From Steroidobacteraceae bacterium (GTDB lineage Bacteria > Pseudomonadota > Gammaproteobacteria > Steroidobacterales > Steroidobacteraceae): DNA of 64,000 bases. Positions within the stretch are counted from its first letter, which is position 1. Each line of letters opens with the position of its first letter. The stretch is taken from positions 36,472 through 100,471 of the forward strand of contig DATHKV010000145.1 in NCBI GenBank assembly GCA_035488895.1. Reading direction: 5' to 3'. Below are positions 19,238-28,607 of this stretch, piece after piece. The notes below the pieces were generated by a model. It searched no databases. It was not told where the DNA came from and saw only the letters and a list, made by a program, of their open reading frames with translations. The translations under genes and the position numbers were made by a program.

Positions 19238-19981
19238 ATGGTGGCGTCGGACAAGCTGACCGCGCGGCCCATAACGGCTCTGGTCGTCGACGATGAGTCG
19301 TGGGCGCGTCGCAACCTGACCGTCCTCTTAGGCCGTGATCCGGATATGGGGTCGGTGGTCGAATGTGGGTCCGGGTTGGAGGCGGTTGAAAAGATTAGGC
19401 GCTCGAAGCCAGATCTCGTGTTTCTGGACGTACAAATGGCCGGATGCGATGGCTTTGACGTGCTCGAGCTTTTGGGCAACGAGCTGCCTTCCATCGTTAT
19501 TTTCGTAACGGCATACGATGAATATGCACTGCGGGCCTTTGAAGCGGGCGCCCTCGATTACTTGTTGAAGCCGTTTGACGACGCGCGGTTCCGTCGTGCC
19601 TTGGATCGCGCCAAGGACAAGCTCGCGCATTACACACCGCAGAAGGCGCGCCCCGCGGCGCGATTGGTGGTCAAGAATCGCGGCGAAGTGATGTTCCTGA
19701 ATATTGCAGACATCGACTGGATCGAGGCGGTAGGCTGCTATGCGTGCCTGCACGTTGGCGACGACACACACATCATACGTCGAACCTTGTCAGAACTCGA
19801 ACAGGATCTCGGCGAGGAGAAGTTTATCCGCATTCACCGCTCGATCATCGTGCAGCTCGAGCAGATCCAGGGACTGGAGCTGCAGAACAGTGGCGAGTAT
19901 CAGGTGGTATTGAAATCCAAAGCTCGACTGCGCCTGAGTCGACGGTTTCGCAAGCGCCTTCAGGATCGTCTGCGCGCGTAG
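19238..19981 (+). CDS. LytR/AlgR-family (LytTR) response regulator
   Basis: Starts 1 nt after the kinase stop. REC motifs VVDDE and DLVFLDVQMAG. C-terminal LytTR pattern FIRIHRSIIV. Confidence 0.85.
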   Translation: MVASDKLTARPITALVVDDESWARRNLTVLLGRDPDMGSVVECGSGLEAVEKIRRSKPDLVFLDVQMAGCDGFDVLELLGNELPSIVIFVTAYDEYALRAFEAGALDYLLKPFDDARFRRALDRAKDKLAHYTPQKARPAARLVVKNRGEVMFLNIADIDWIEAVGCYACLHVGDDTHIIRRTLSELEQDLGEEKFIRIHRSIIVQLEQIQGLELQNSGEYQVVLKSKARLRLSRRFRKRLQDRLRA

Positions 19982-19996
19982 AGGAATCGAGCTGGC

Positions 19997-20803
19997 TCAG
20001 CGATTTGCGAATAGCGCTTGCAACTCTTGGTACGGCTTACAGTGCGCGTTGAGCGGCGCTGACTCTCCTGTCGCCAGAAACCCTCTTGCCAAGACTTCAG
20101 CTTGTGCCCAGAGCACCTGCGATAGGGCAGAGCCTGCGCTCAGCCTGCGGACGCCGAGCTTGCTGAGCGCATCGGCCGCGCCTTGGCCCGGCCATACCAT
20201 CACGTTAAGGGGCAGATCAACCTCGCCGGCAATCCTTCGAATCTGAAGCGGCTCGGTAAGGGCGGGAACAAAAAAGCCGTCGGCTCCCGCTTGCTGATAG
20301 CGGCGGCCTCGCGCGATAGTCTCCTCAAGGCGGTTGTCCTCGGTCACTAGGCCTTGCAGATAGACGTCCGTGCGCGCATTGACGAACAGGTCCGTGCCAT
20401 GGGTAATGGCGCATCGCTTGATTTGATCAATCTTTGCGACCAATTGATCCGGGGAATTGCTGCCATCCTCGATATTGATTCCGACGACACCGGCATCGAG
20501 GAGAAGTTTAACGTTCTGTCCCACGATCGTCGGCGAGTCCGAAAAGCCGCCTTCGAAATCAACCGATAGAGGAACGCGAATCAGCCGAACGATGCCAGCC
20601 GCGAGATCGGTGAGGCGCTGTATCGGAAGACGGTTGCCGTCCGGGAATCCGAGAGCCCAGGCAGCCCCGGCGCTCGTAGTGGCAATGGCTGGTGCGCCAA
20701 CACTCTCAATAAGACGCGCACTTGCGGCGTCCCATGCGTTGGCGAGAAGCAACGGCTGCGTTTTTGTATGAAGCTTTCGAAAGGTAGCGGCCAAATTGTT
20801 CAT
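19997..20803 (-). CDS. isocitrate lyase / PEP mutase family protein
   Basis: LLLANAWDAASARLIE, ATTSAG and GINIEDG motifs of the PEP mutase/ICL superfamily. Confidence 0.8.
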   Translation of the reverse strand: MNNLAATFRKLHTKTQPLLLANAWDAASARLIESVGAPAIATTSAGAAWALGFPDGNRLPIQRLTDLAAGIVRLIRVPLSVDFEGGFSDSPTIVGQNVKLLLDAGVVGINIEDGSNSPDQLVAKIDQIKRCAITHGTDLFVNARTDVYLQGLVTEDNRLEETIARGRRYQQAGADGFFVPALTEPLQIRRIAGEVDLPLNVMVWPGQGAADALSKLGVRRLSAGSALSQVLWAQAEVLARGFLATGESAPLNAHCKPYQELQALFANR

Positions 20804-21000
20804 ATCAAATCCTCTGCATTTTATGGGACCAAGAATAGCCGAATCTGAGGATCAGGTAGACCAGGGTGAGTCGCCCGACGAGAGGCCGGGAGCGCCATGC
20901 CCATCCATATATACTTGCGGGGGCGCGCCTGACCTGAGGCGACCGGGCGAAACTGCGGGCGGCCGTATATAGCTGGTGTGGTACTAGCGAGGTTCAATTT

Positions 21001-21564
21001 ATGGCGAATTCTAGATCCAAACTGGAAATCGGTGTCGAGCGGGTGTTGTTTGGCAGTCGTTGGATTCTCGCCCCTTTCTATCTTGGAATGGTACTTGCAC
21101 TCGTACTGATCCTCGTCGCCTTCGTGCGTACGCTGTTCATCGACCTTGCGCATATCCCGACCATGGATGCCGAGCACGCGATTCTGCTTGCGCTCTCCCT
21201 GATCGATCTGTCGCTAACAGGTAACCTGTTGTTAATTGTCATCTTCTCCGGTTATGAGAACTTCGTGTCGAAGATCCATGTTGGCGATCATGAGGATCGC
21301 CCGAGTTGGATGGGAACTGTAGATTTCTCAGGCCTCAAAATAAAGCTGATTGCATCGATCGTCGCAATTAGCGCGATTGCGCTGTTGCGTGCCTTTCTGC
21401 CTCTCGGAGACACCGGAGCAGAGGTCGATGGCCCACGTCTTCGCTGGATGGTCGTCATTCATCTGACCTTTGTGGTGTCGGGAGTCTTGATGGCGCTCAT
21501 GGATTGGATCGCATCGAAGGCCGAAAAGCACGCTCAAGTCGAGAGCGGCGGTAGCCGATCTTAA
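21001..21564 (+). CDS. UPF0114 (YqhA-like, TIGR00645) membrane protein
   Basis: N-terminus ERVLFGSRWILAPFYLGMVLAL matches the YqhA family signature. Confidence 0.7.
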   Translation: MANSRSKLEIGVERVLFGSRWILAPFYLGMVLALVLILVAFVRTLFIDLAHIPTMDAEHAILLALSLIDLSLTGNLLLIVIFSGYENFVSKIHVGDHEDRPSWMGTVDFSGLKIKLIASIVAISAIALLRAFLPLGDTGAEVDGPRLRWMVVIHLTFVVSGVLMALMDWIASKAEKHAQVESGGSRS

Positions 21565-21680
21565 GACATAGGTACGGCAGACCTAAAAGATAGGGATCGC
21601 CTCCCCATGCGCCAAATGGCCATTTTCGGCACTCTACGGTCTACGATGCCAATTGCGGTTACACACTCAGGAGTTCACCG

Positions 21681-22496
21681 ATGAATCCAAACCAGGTGCT
21701 GTGGGAGAAAGGAGATTTTACGCGCATCGCGCAAAGTATGAGGCGAAGCGGGGAGTCATTGGTCAAAGGACTTGAAATCACCAAGGGTATGAAGATTCTG
21801 GACCTGGGATGTGGTGACGGGACGACCGCACTCCCTGAAGCAATGCTCGGAGCCGACGTGCTTGGCGTCGATATCGCCGGCAATCTGATTGAAGCCGGGA
21901 AAACGCGCGCCCGTGACGCAGGCTTGACGAATTGCAGGTTTCAACAGGGTGATGCCAGCGATCTTCATGAACTGAAAGACAAATCTTTCGACTTGGTCGT
22001 CAGTATCTTTGGTGCCATGTTTGCGCCCAAACCGTTCGATGTGGCCAAAGAGATGGTGCGTGTAAGCCGATCCGGTGGGCGGATCGTGATGGGTAATTGG
22101 ATTCCGAATGATCCGACATTGGTCGCTCAAATCCTCAAAATAAGTTCCGCCTATTCGCCGCCTCCTCCGCAAGGGTTCATCAGCCCCATGACTTGGGGAG
22201 TGGAAAATAACGTGATCGAACGATTCTCAGGGGCGGGAATACCGAGCGGGAGCACTGCCTTCGCTAACGAGACCTACACCTTTGAGTTTCCGGGGTCGGC
22301 ATCCCAGTTTGTGGATGCGTTTAGGAGATTTTACGGTCCTACCATGAACGCATTTGAAGCAGCAGAACGCAGCGGTAGGGCCAAGGATTTGCAAGGTGAG
22401 CTGGAAGAGTTGTTCCACAGTCAGAACACGAGCTCGGGCAAAGAGACAACGACGATCCCGGCGACATACCTGCGTGTCACGGTCCAGGTCAGCTAG
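21681..22496 (+). CDS. class I SAM-dependent methyltransferase
   Basis: Motif I ILDLGCGDGT. Downstream acidic and DLVVSIFG motifs. Confidence 0.8.
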   Translation: MNPNQVLWEKGDFTRIAQSMRRSGESLVKGLEITKGMKILDLGCGDGTTALPEAMLGADVLGVDIAGNLIEAGKTRARDAGLTNCRFQQGDASDLHELKDKSFDLVVSIFGAMFAPKPFDVAKEMVRVSRSGGRIVMGNWIPNDPTLVAQILKISSAYSPPPPQGFISPMTWGVENNVIERFSGAGIPSGSTAFANETYTFEFPGSASQFVDAFRRFYGPTMNAFEAAERSGRAKDLQGELEELFHSQNTSSGKETTTIPATYLRVTVQVS

Positions 22497-22607
22497 CCCA
22501 TGGCCGGCGTGTGTCGATTCCGGTGAGAATCCCCGGCTGCGCCTAGACATAGTCGAGCCGGGTGTGACTCCAAGCACGGTTCTCTCAACTACGGCCTGGT
22601 CAGGTGC

Positions 22608-23000
22608 TCAATTGGCTTTTGCCAGCTGCACGAGGCCGGCTTTGTCGCCTTTGCTACGCAGCTCAGAATATCGCGTGAGCAGTGGGACGTTGACGCGGGC
22701 GACGGCGTCATTGACTGCCTTGCGCATACAGGCCTCCCGGTCGCTTTTGCCCCAGGTGGCGGCGTTCTGACAGAGCGTTTCGGCGGCATACCGAATGCGC
22801 AAGTAGAGTACCTTGGCTCCTTTTATCTTCGACACGTCGAGGTCTGAATATCCGACGGGATAGGTCACCTGTTCGCGGGATGCTTCGGCGACTGTGGGTT
22901 GATCCGCCGCGTTCGCGCCGCTCGCTGTGAAGCTGAGCGCAAAGACGCTGGCGGCAACGATTTTCACCAAATTGGACTGCGTCTTGATTGCGTATTTCAT
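22608..23000 (-). CDS. UrcA-family secreted protein
   Basis: Signal peptide. VGYSDLDVSKIKGAKVLYLRIRYAAETLC resembles the UrcA signature (V.Y.DLDL....GA..L..RI..AA..VC). Confidence 0.55.
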   Translation of the reverse strand: MKYAIKTQSNLVKIVAASVFALSFTASGANAADQPTVAEASREQVTYPVGYSDLDVSKIKGAKVLYLRIRYAAETLCQNAATWGKSDREACMRKAVNDAVARVNVPLLTRYSELRSKGDKAGLVQLAKAN

Positions 23001-23268
23001 GACTATCTCCTGGGGTAATTGCTGGTCTAAACACGATTCCCCAAGTTAGGGAGACGCGAATCCGGTCGCATGATCGTTGGATCAAAGTTGGGTGAAACTT
23101 CGCTGAAAGCTGGATGAATGGGTGATATTCCTCATGAATTACGATTCTGGCGCCTTAGCTGCAGCGCAGCAATTGGTTGCCAAGTCAGGACGGCTAGACC
23201 AAGATTGTCCAGCGAGGTGGCGAGGCGAGGCCAAGCGCTTCGGTCGCAACAACGAACAACAACGAGCA

Positions 23269-25155
23269 ATGCAGCCACCACTCTCACCTGACGCTGGGAC
23301 ACTTCCGCCGCGGTTTGTCATTGACGACCTGGAAGTGGACATCGGCAAAGCCGAAGTGAGGCGCGACGGCGGGCAGATCCCGTTGCCCAAATTGTCATTT
23401 GACCTGTTGTGCGTGCTAGCCAAAGCCGCGCCAGCAATCGTGACGATCGAAGACTTACTGCAACAAGTGTGGCCGGGTTTGCACGTCAGCCCGGAATCGG
23501 TCGCTCAACGGGTGAAGCTTCTGCGCAGTGCCATCGGTGATGATTCGCAACAACCTCGATACATTTTGGGGGTTCGGGGCAGAGGCTATCGTCTGATTTC
23601 GGTGCCCGCGCCGATTGCCAACCGGAATGAGCCGGCGGGGCCTGGATTGGTTCCTGCATCCAAACCTGCGCCGGGTGGGATCAGAAAGCCCCTGGGAATC
23701 GCCGCGGCGATTCTCATGGCGCTCAGTGCTGTGGTTCTCTTGGGGCTGCGTTACTGGTCTTCGAATCACCATGCCGCGCAGGCTGTCGCAACGGCGGACA
23801 GATCGATTGCGGTGTTGCCATTCGTGGACATGAGCGAGAAGAAGGATCAGGAGTATTTTGCTGACGGGATGGCGGAGGAGATTATCGATCTCTTGGTGAA
23901 GATTCCGGAACTGAGGGTCATCGGGCGTACGTCGTCCTTTCAATTCAAAGGCCAAACGCAGGATCTGCGTTCCATCGGTGAGAAACTCGGCGCCCACTAT
24001 GTCCTCGAGGGCAGTGTGCGCAAGTCCGGTGATCACCTACGGGTAACCGCACAGCTGATCAACAGCCAGGACGGCACCCATCTCTGGTCACAGACCTACG
24101 ACCGGGAATTAATTGACGTCCTCAAGATGCAGGATGAGATCGCTGCCAATCTCGTACGGGCGCTGCAAATTGAAGTGCGAGCCGGCTCGTTTGTGTCCCG
24201 CCCGGCCTTGCACAACACGGAGGCGTACACGTTTTCTCTGCGAGGCATGCACGCGTCCGCGCGCTTCGATCAGCAAGGCTTTGAGCAAGCCTTGAGCGAC
24301 TTTCAGCGAGCGCTCGATCTTGACCCGACATTCGTGCCTGCGTCTATCGGACTTGCCTGGACTTACTACCTTCTTGGACAGTTTCAATACATGCCGGCCG
24401 CCGTTGCTTTGGAGCAGTCCCGTCGCGCGGCCGAGCAGACTCTAAAGCTGGATCCGAAACTTGCCATGGCGCACGCTGTGCTCGCCAGAATTCATTTCGC
24501 CTACGATCGAGATTGGCCCGCGGCGGAACGAGAACTGCAGCTGGCACGGGCACTTGCACCCAATGACGATGCTATCTTGTCGGTCGCTGTTGACCAAACG
24601 TTGATCATGGGCCATTGGGACGAGGGTCTGAAACTGTCGAACAAACGTTTGGAATTGGACCCGCTAAACCCGGGTGGGTACTTTGCGCTCAGCTGGATAC
24701 AGCTGAAACGCGAGCGACTGGCGGAGGCGGAAAGCGCCATTCGTCGCACCCTGGAGATCAGCCCAACCTTTTCCGCCGGGCATTATTACCTCGGCCTCAT
24801 ATTACTCGCTCGTAACCAACCCGACGCAGCCCTGGCGGAGTTTGTGATAGAGCGAGATGAAGGCTGTCGCCTCGCGGGGTCAACCAGGACATTTTTGGTG
24901 TTGGGGCGAAAATCCGATTCCGATGCAGCGCTCGCGCAAACGCTGAAGGACTTTGCCAATCGTCCCGTCGGAATCGCCGGCATGTACGCATTTCGCGGCG
25001 AAGTGGACGATGCGTTCAAATGGCTGGATCGCGCGTTTGAGCAGAAGGACCCAACTCTTTATCACATCAAGAGCGATCCGCAGTTTCAGCGCCGAATCGA
25101 GCACGACCCACGCTACAGCGTGCTCTTGAAGAAGATGAACTTGCCGGAAGGGTAA
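23269..25155 (+). CDS. CadC/OmpR-type winged-helix regulator fused to TM helix, TolB-like periplasmic module and TPR repeats
   Basis: ATG 23269. wHTH segment LLRSAIGDDSQQPRYILGVRGRGYRL. TM helix LGIAAAILMALSAVVLLGL. SIAVLPFVDMS...EYFADG module, then TPR-like repeats. Confidence 0.8.
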   Translation: MQPPLSPDAGTLPPRFVIDDLEVDIGKAEVRRDGGQIPLPKLSFDLLCVLAKAAPAIVTIEDLLQQVWPGLHVSPESVAQRVKLLRSAIGDDSQQPRYILGVRGRGYRLISVPAPIANRNEPAGPGLVPASKPAPGGIRKPLGIAAAILMALSAVVLLGLRYWSSNHHAAQAVATADRSIAVLPFVDMSEKKDQEYFADGMAEEIIDLLVKIPELRVIGRTSSFQFKGQTQDLRSIGEKLGAHYVLEGSVRKSGDHLRVTAQLINSQDGTHLWSQTYDRELIDVLKMQDEIAANLVRALQIEVRAGSFVSRPALHNTEAYTFSLRGMHASARFDQQGFEQALSDFQRALDLDPTFVPASIGLAWTYYLLGQFQYMPAAVALEQSRRAAEQTLKLDPKLAMAHAVLARIHFAYDRDWPAAERELQLARALAPNDDAILSVAVDQTLIMGHWDEGLKLSNKRLELDPLNPGGYFALSWIQLKRERLAEAESAIRRTLEISPTFSAGHYYLGLILLARNQPDAALAEFVIERDEGCRLAGSTRTFLVLGRKSDSDAALAQTLKDFANRPVGIAGMYAFRGEVDDAFKWLDRAFEQKDPTLYHIKSDPQFQRRIEHDPRYSVLLKKMNLPEG

Positions 25156-25282
25156 TCGCGGTAGTCATGTTCCGGGCCGCGGACAACAGAATCGAGGCAC
25201 TCAAAAAAGCAATTCCGGTTGCGTAAAAGTGTCTCGCCTGAGATCGTAGAACTTGCTTTATACACCAGCGGAATATACATCT

Positions 25283-25654
25283 ATGAGAACACTCCTCTTT
25301 TCGGCAATGATGATGTGGGGTAGCGCGGCAAATGCTCAAAACCCTACCGCGACGCAAGCTCAAGGACAGGCTAGGGCATTGGGCATGTTAGTCGGCGGTA
25401 CCGCAACCGCGTACGATCTTTGCGTCAAGAAGGGGTTTATTGCCAAAAGTGATCAGAATGCTGAAGAAATTGCGAAGGCGTTTTTCGAAAAGGCACGCGC
25501 CAACGGCAGCCCAGACCAATCCGCTTACATCCAGGATGGGTGGGACACCATCGCAAAGGAAATCTCGGCGCATGAATCGTTCTACACCCAAGAGAAATGC
25601 GTTGGCGTCGGCAAAGAGTGGGCAAAAATCACGGCGACGATGCGCAAGAAATAA
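25283..25654 (+). CDS. small secreted protein, unknown
   Basis: Signal peptide MRTLLFSAMMMWGSAANAQ. Confidence 0.5.
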   Translation: MRTLLFSAMMMWGSAANAQNPTATQAQGQARALGMLVGGTATAYDLCVKKGFIAKSDQNAEEIAKAFFEKARANGSPDQSAYIQDGWDTIAKEISAHESFYTQEKCVGVGKEWAKITATMRKK

Positions 25655-25683
25655 TCGATTTGAAACATGGGGAGGTGAATTTC

Positions 25684-26106
25684 ATGATGGCAACAGCAGG
25701 CACTTTGTTGAGCGCGGCGGTGACGGTACTCGCGGTACTTCTTGGTCTCTACACGATGACTCTCGTGGGCCGCATGCGCGGAAAGCACGCGGTGCATGCC
25801 CCGGCGGTGACCGGCGCTCCCGAATTCGAGCGCGCGTTCCGGGTGCAGATGAATACTCTCGAGCAGTTCGTGTTGTTTCTGCCGCTGCTCTGGCTTGCAA
25901 CCGTTTACCCAGTCCTATCGGGATACTTGGCCCCAGGCTTAGGGTTCGTCTGGCTGGTGGGGCGCGTCTTGTATTCTTTAGGCTATATGGCAGACGCCGC
26001 CAAGCGCAGTTCGGGTTTTCTCATCGCTGGAATCGCGCTCCTCGGATTGCTGGTGCTGTCGATAGTCGGAATTATCCATGCGTGGCTGGTGACACGTCCG
26101 ATGTGA
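25684..26106 (+). CDS. MAPEG-family membrane protein
   Basis: GGGGAGG precedes ATG 25684. Has 3-4 TM helices. RVQMNTLEQFVLFLP and RVLYSLGY patterns are typical of MAPEG. Confidence 0.7.
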   Translation: MMATAGTLLSAAVTVLAVLLGLYTMTLVGRMRGKHAVHAPAVTGAPEFERAFRVQMNTLEQFVLFLPLLWLATVYPVLSGYLAPGLGFVWLVGRVLYSLGYMADAAKRSSGFLIAGIALLGLLVLSIVGIIHAWLVTRPM

Positions 26107-26283
26107 ATAGCATCCATCTTCCGTCCGCCGTCTGGATTTGATCGCCTTTGTGGTGTGCAGGGGAGGGCGCAGCGAGTTCCAATCCACCGTGCCTCGAATC
26201 TAAGAATAATCGGCACCCGAGAATGTTAATGAATACTTTCTTATAAGATTATGTTTTATATAGTGATTATATAGCCGTGATGG

Positions 26284-27306
26284 CTAGCCGGATTGGCTGG
26301 ATGCAGCCCAGATATTGAGTCCGCCATCGCTTGCGTGGAAGTCAATCTGGGCGAGTTCTGCGGGGGTAAACGCGCCGTTCTGCAATGCGCCTAGGCAATC
26401 CTGGATTTGCGCCCAGCTGCTGGCGCCGATGAGCGCGCTGGTGATGGCGGGGTTCTTGAGCACCCAGGCAATCGCCATTTGCGCAAGGCTTTGGCCACGC
26501 TTTTGGGCAATGTCATTGAGCGCACGCACATTGGCGAGATTCTGGGGAGTCAGCATGGAGGTTCGGAATGAGCCTTCTTGAGCTGCTCGCGCGGAGGGCG
26601 GAATTCCATTCAGGTACTTGGTGGTGAGTAAACCTTGTGCCAGAGGTGAGAAGGCGATGCAGCCGATCCTTTCCTGCTCGAGCACGTCGAGCAAGCCGTC
26701 TTCCACCCAGCGATTGAGCAGGGAATACGAGGGCTGGTGAATGACGCAGGGAACTTTGAGGTCGCGCAAGATTGCGGCAGCCTCGCGAGTCTTCTTCGGT
26801 CCATAGGAGGAGATGCCTACGTAGAGAGCCTTGCCACTGTGGACGGCGGTGGCGAGAGCGCCCATTGTCTCCTCCAGGGGAGTGTCGGGGTCGAAGCGAT
26901 GAGAATAAAAAATGTCGACGTAGTCGAGCTTCATGCGCTTGAGGCTCTGGTCGAGACTGGCGAGCAGGTATTTGCGCGATCCCCATTCCCCATAAGGGCC
27001 CGGCCACATGAGATAGCCGGCTTTGGTTGAGATGATGAGCTCGTCACGATGCGCGACCAGATCGGTTGACAGGATACGGCCGAAGTTTTCCTCGGCCGAC
27101 CCCGGTGGCGGGCCATAGTTGTTCGCCAGATCAAAATGCGTGATGCCGTGATCAAAGGATTTGAGGATCATGTCGCGGGCGTTCTCGAAGGAACTCGAAC
27201 CCCCAAAATTCTGCCAAAGCCCGAGCGAGATGCGCGGCAGTCTCAGTCCGCTCAAGCCGCAACGGGCATAGGGGAGCAATTCGTATCGATCTGCGGCAAC
27301 GTCCAT
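26284..27306 (-). CDS. yghZ: aldo/keto reductase, L-glyceraldehyde-3-phosphate reductase (YghZ/Gpr)-like
   Basis: Long collinear matches to E. coli YghZ as I recall it: GITHFDLANNYGPPPGSAEENFGR, ELIISTKAGY, YVDIFYSHR, KALYVGISSY, IHQPSY. Confidence 0.85.
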   Translation of the reverse strand: MDVAADRYELLPYARCGLSGLRLPRISLGLWQNFGGSSSFENARDMILKSFDHGITHFDLANNYGPPPGSAEENFGRILSTDLVAHRDELIISTKAGYLMWPGPYGEWGSRKYLLASLDQSLKRMKLDYVDIFYSHRFDPDTPLEETMGALATAVHSGKALYVGISSYGPKKTREAAAILRDLKVPCVIHQPSYSLLNRWVEDGLLDVLEQERIGCIAFSPLAQGLLTTKYLNGIPPSARAAQEGSFRTSMLTPQNLANVRALNDIAQKRGQSLAQMAIAWVLKNPAITSALIGASSWAQIQDCLGALQNGAFTPAELAQIDFHASDGGLNIWAASSQSG

Positions 27307-27457
27307 CGCGACTCCTTAAAACGAGGCCCGATTTTAGCGCTTAGCGCTCGACGCGGGCCACAGATCAATACTTGGTCCGCTCTACAGTGGTGACGGGAAG
27401 TGATTGGTGTCACAGCAGTGATCGCGGCAGCGTCTAGGGTATGACGATTGACAGTTC

Positions 27458-27871
27458 GTGCTCCAACAGACACGGAGGCCTCATGACCGAAAACCTGTTG
27501 AAAAATGGCATCGCATCGTGCTCACACAAGACCCTGGCGGATTGAGCGATTTGCTGGCCGACGATGCGGTCTTTTATTCACCGGTTGCTTATTCGCCGCA
27601 CCGCGGCAGGGAGGTTACGATTCGCTTCCTAAGCGCCGCCTTGCGCGTGTTTTTCAATCCGAGCTTTCGCTGCGTGCGTAAGATTGTCGGCCCGACGGAG
27701 GGCCTTTTCGAGTTCGAGACCCGAATCGATGAAGTAATGGTCAACGCAGTTGATTTGCTCACATGGAACAGCAATGGACGAGTGGTCGAGTTTAAGGTCA
27801 TGGTAAGGCCGCTCAAGGCGCTCAACCTGACGCAGCAAAGAATGGCAGCCATGCTGGAGTCGATGCAATGA
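27458..27871 (+). CDS. NTF2-like (SnoaL-like) protein; 5' end apparently frameshifted
   Basis: WHRIVLTQDPGGLSDLLADDAVFYSPV pattern. ORF opens at an RBS-less GTG, while a GGAGG-ATG (27483) sits in another frame. Confidence 0.6.
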   Translation: MLQQTRRPHDRKPVEKWHRIVLTQDPGGLSDLLADDAVFYSPVAYSPHRGREVTIRFLSAALRVFFNPSFRCVRKIVGPTEGLFEFETRIDEVMVNAVDLLTWNSNGRVVEFKVMVRPLKALNLTQQRMAAMLESMQ

Positions 27872-28001
27872 AAGCGCGGTGCGCTAAGCCGGGGACGATT
27901 CACGCCTTTTACGGGGTTGGTCGGCACTGCGGAGTTGACCGCGGTAGCTCGCCCGGCGTTAATATCCCAGACAGGTTTGTCCTAACTCGGAGTCCAGCCC
28001 C

Positions 28002-28379
28002 ATGCGCAGCATCGCGTTCGCTCCTGCATTTCTGATAATCGGCTCATTGTCGCTCGCGCAGAGCGTGTCGAGGGTTGACCTCGACCGACCCGGCGTTCTA
28101 GATCAACTCAAACAGCAGCATCCGCAGCGTTACCAGGCGGTTAGCGCACTGCTACGTGCCTCCGAGCACGCTCCGTGCCAGGCCAGCGAGCTTGAAGTGC
28201 TTAAGACCCGCTTCAGCGTAAGGGATCTCGAGTGCGGCATGATTCTATCCACAAGCTATCCGGCGAAGCGCCACGTGAGTTTCGAATTGGACGGAACCCA
28301 ATATGAGGCGACGGTCGTGCTCAAGGACGCCGAAACGGTACAGCCGATATCTCCCGTGACTGAGTTGCCGGCTCACTAA
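28002..28379 (+). CDS. small secreted protein, unknown
   Basis: Signal peptide MRSIAFAPAFLIIGSLSLAQS. Confidence 0.5.
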   Translation: MRSIAFAPAFLIIGSLSLAQSVSRVDLDRPGVLDQLKQQHPQRYQAVSALLRASEHAPCQASELEVLKTRFSVRDLECGMILSTSYPAKRHVSFELDGTQYEATVVLKDAETVQPISPVTELPAH

Positions 28380-28607
28380 CGAGGCAAGTTTCCCTGCGTG
28401 GATGGGAAACCGCGTTAGAATCGCGTTCAAAGATCATGGACGATAGCGCGTGAACCGAAACGGCCGTCTGGCTGCATCTTGCTCGCTTCTTCTTTGTTGT
28501 GAATCCCGTGCCTCCGCCTCAGGTTCAGCTCGAAGGAGTAAATCGCCAGTCAATAACCAAGAAAGATGCGGAGTCCGGAGATCCTAAGCAGTGATCGGGA
28601 CCATTTT

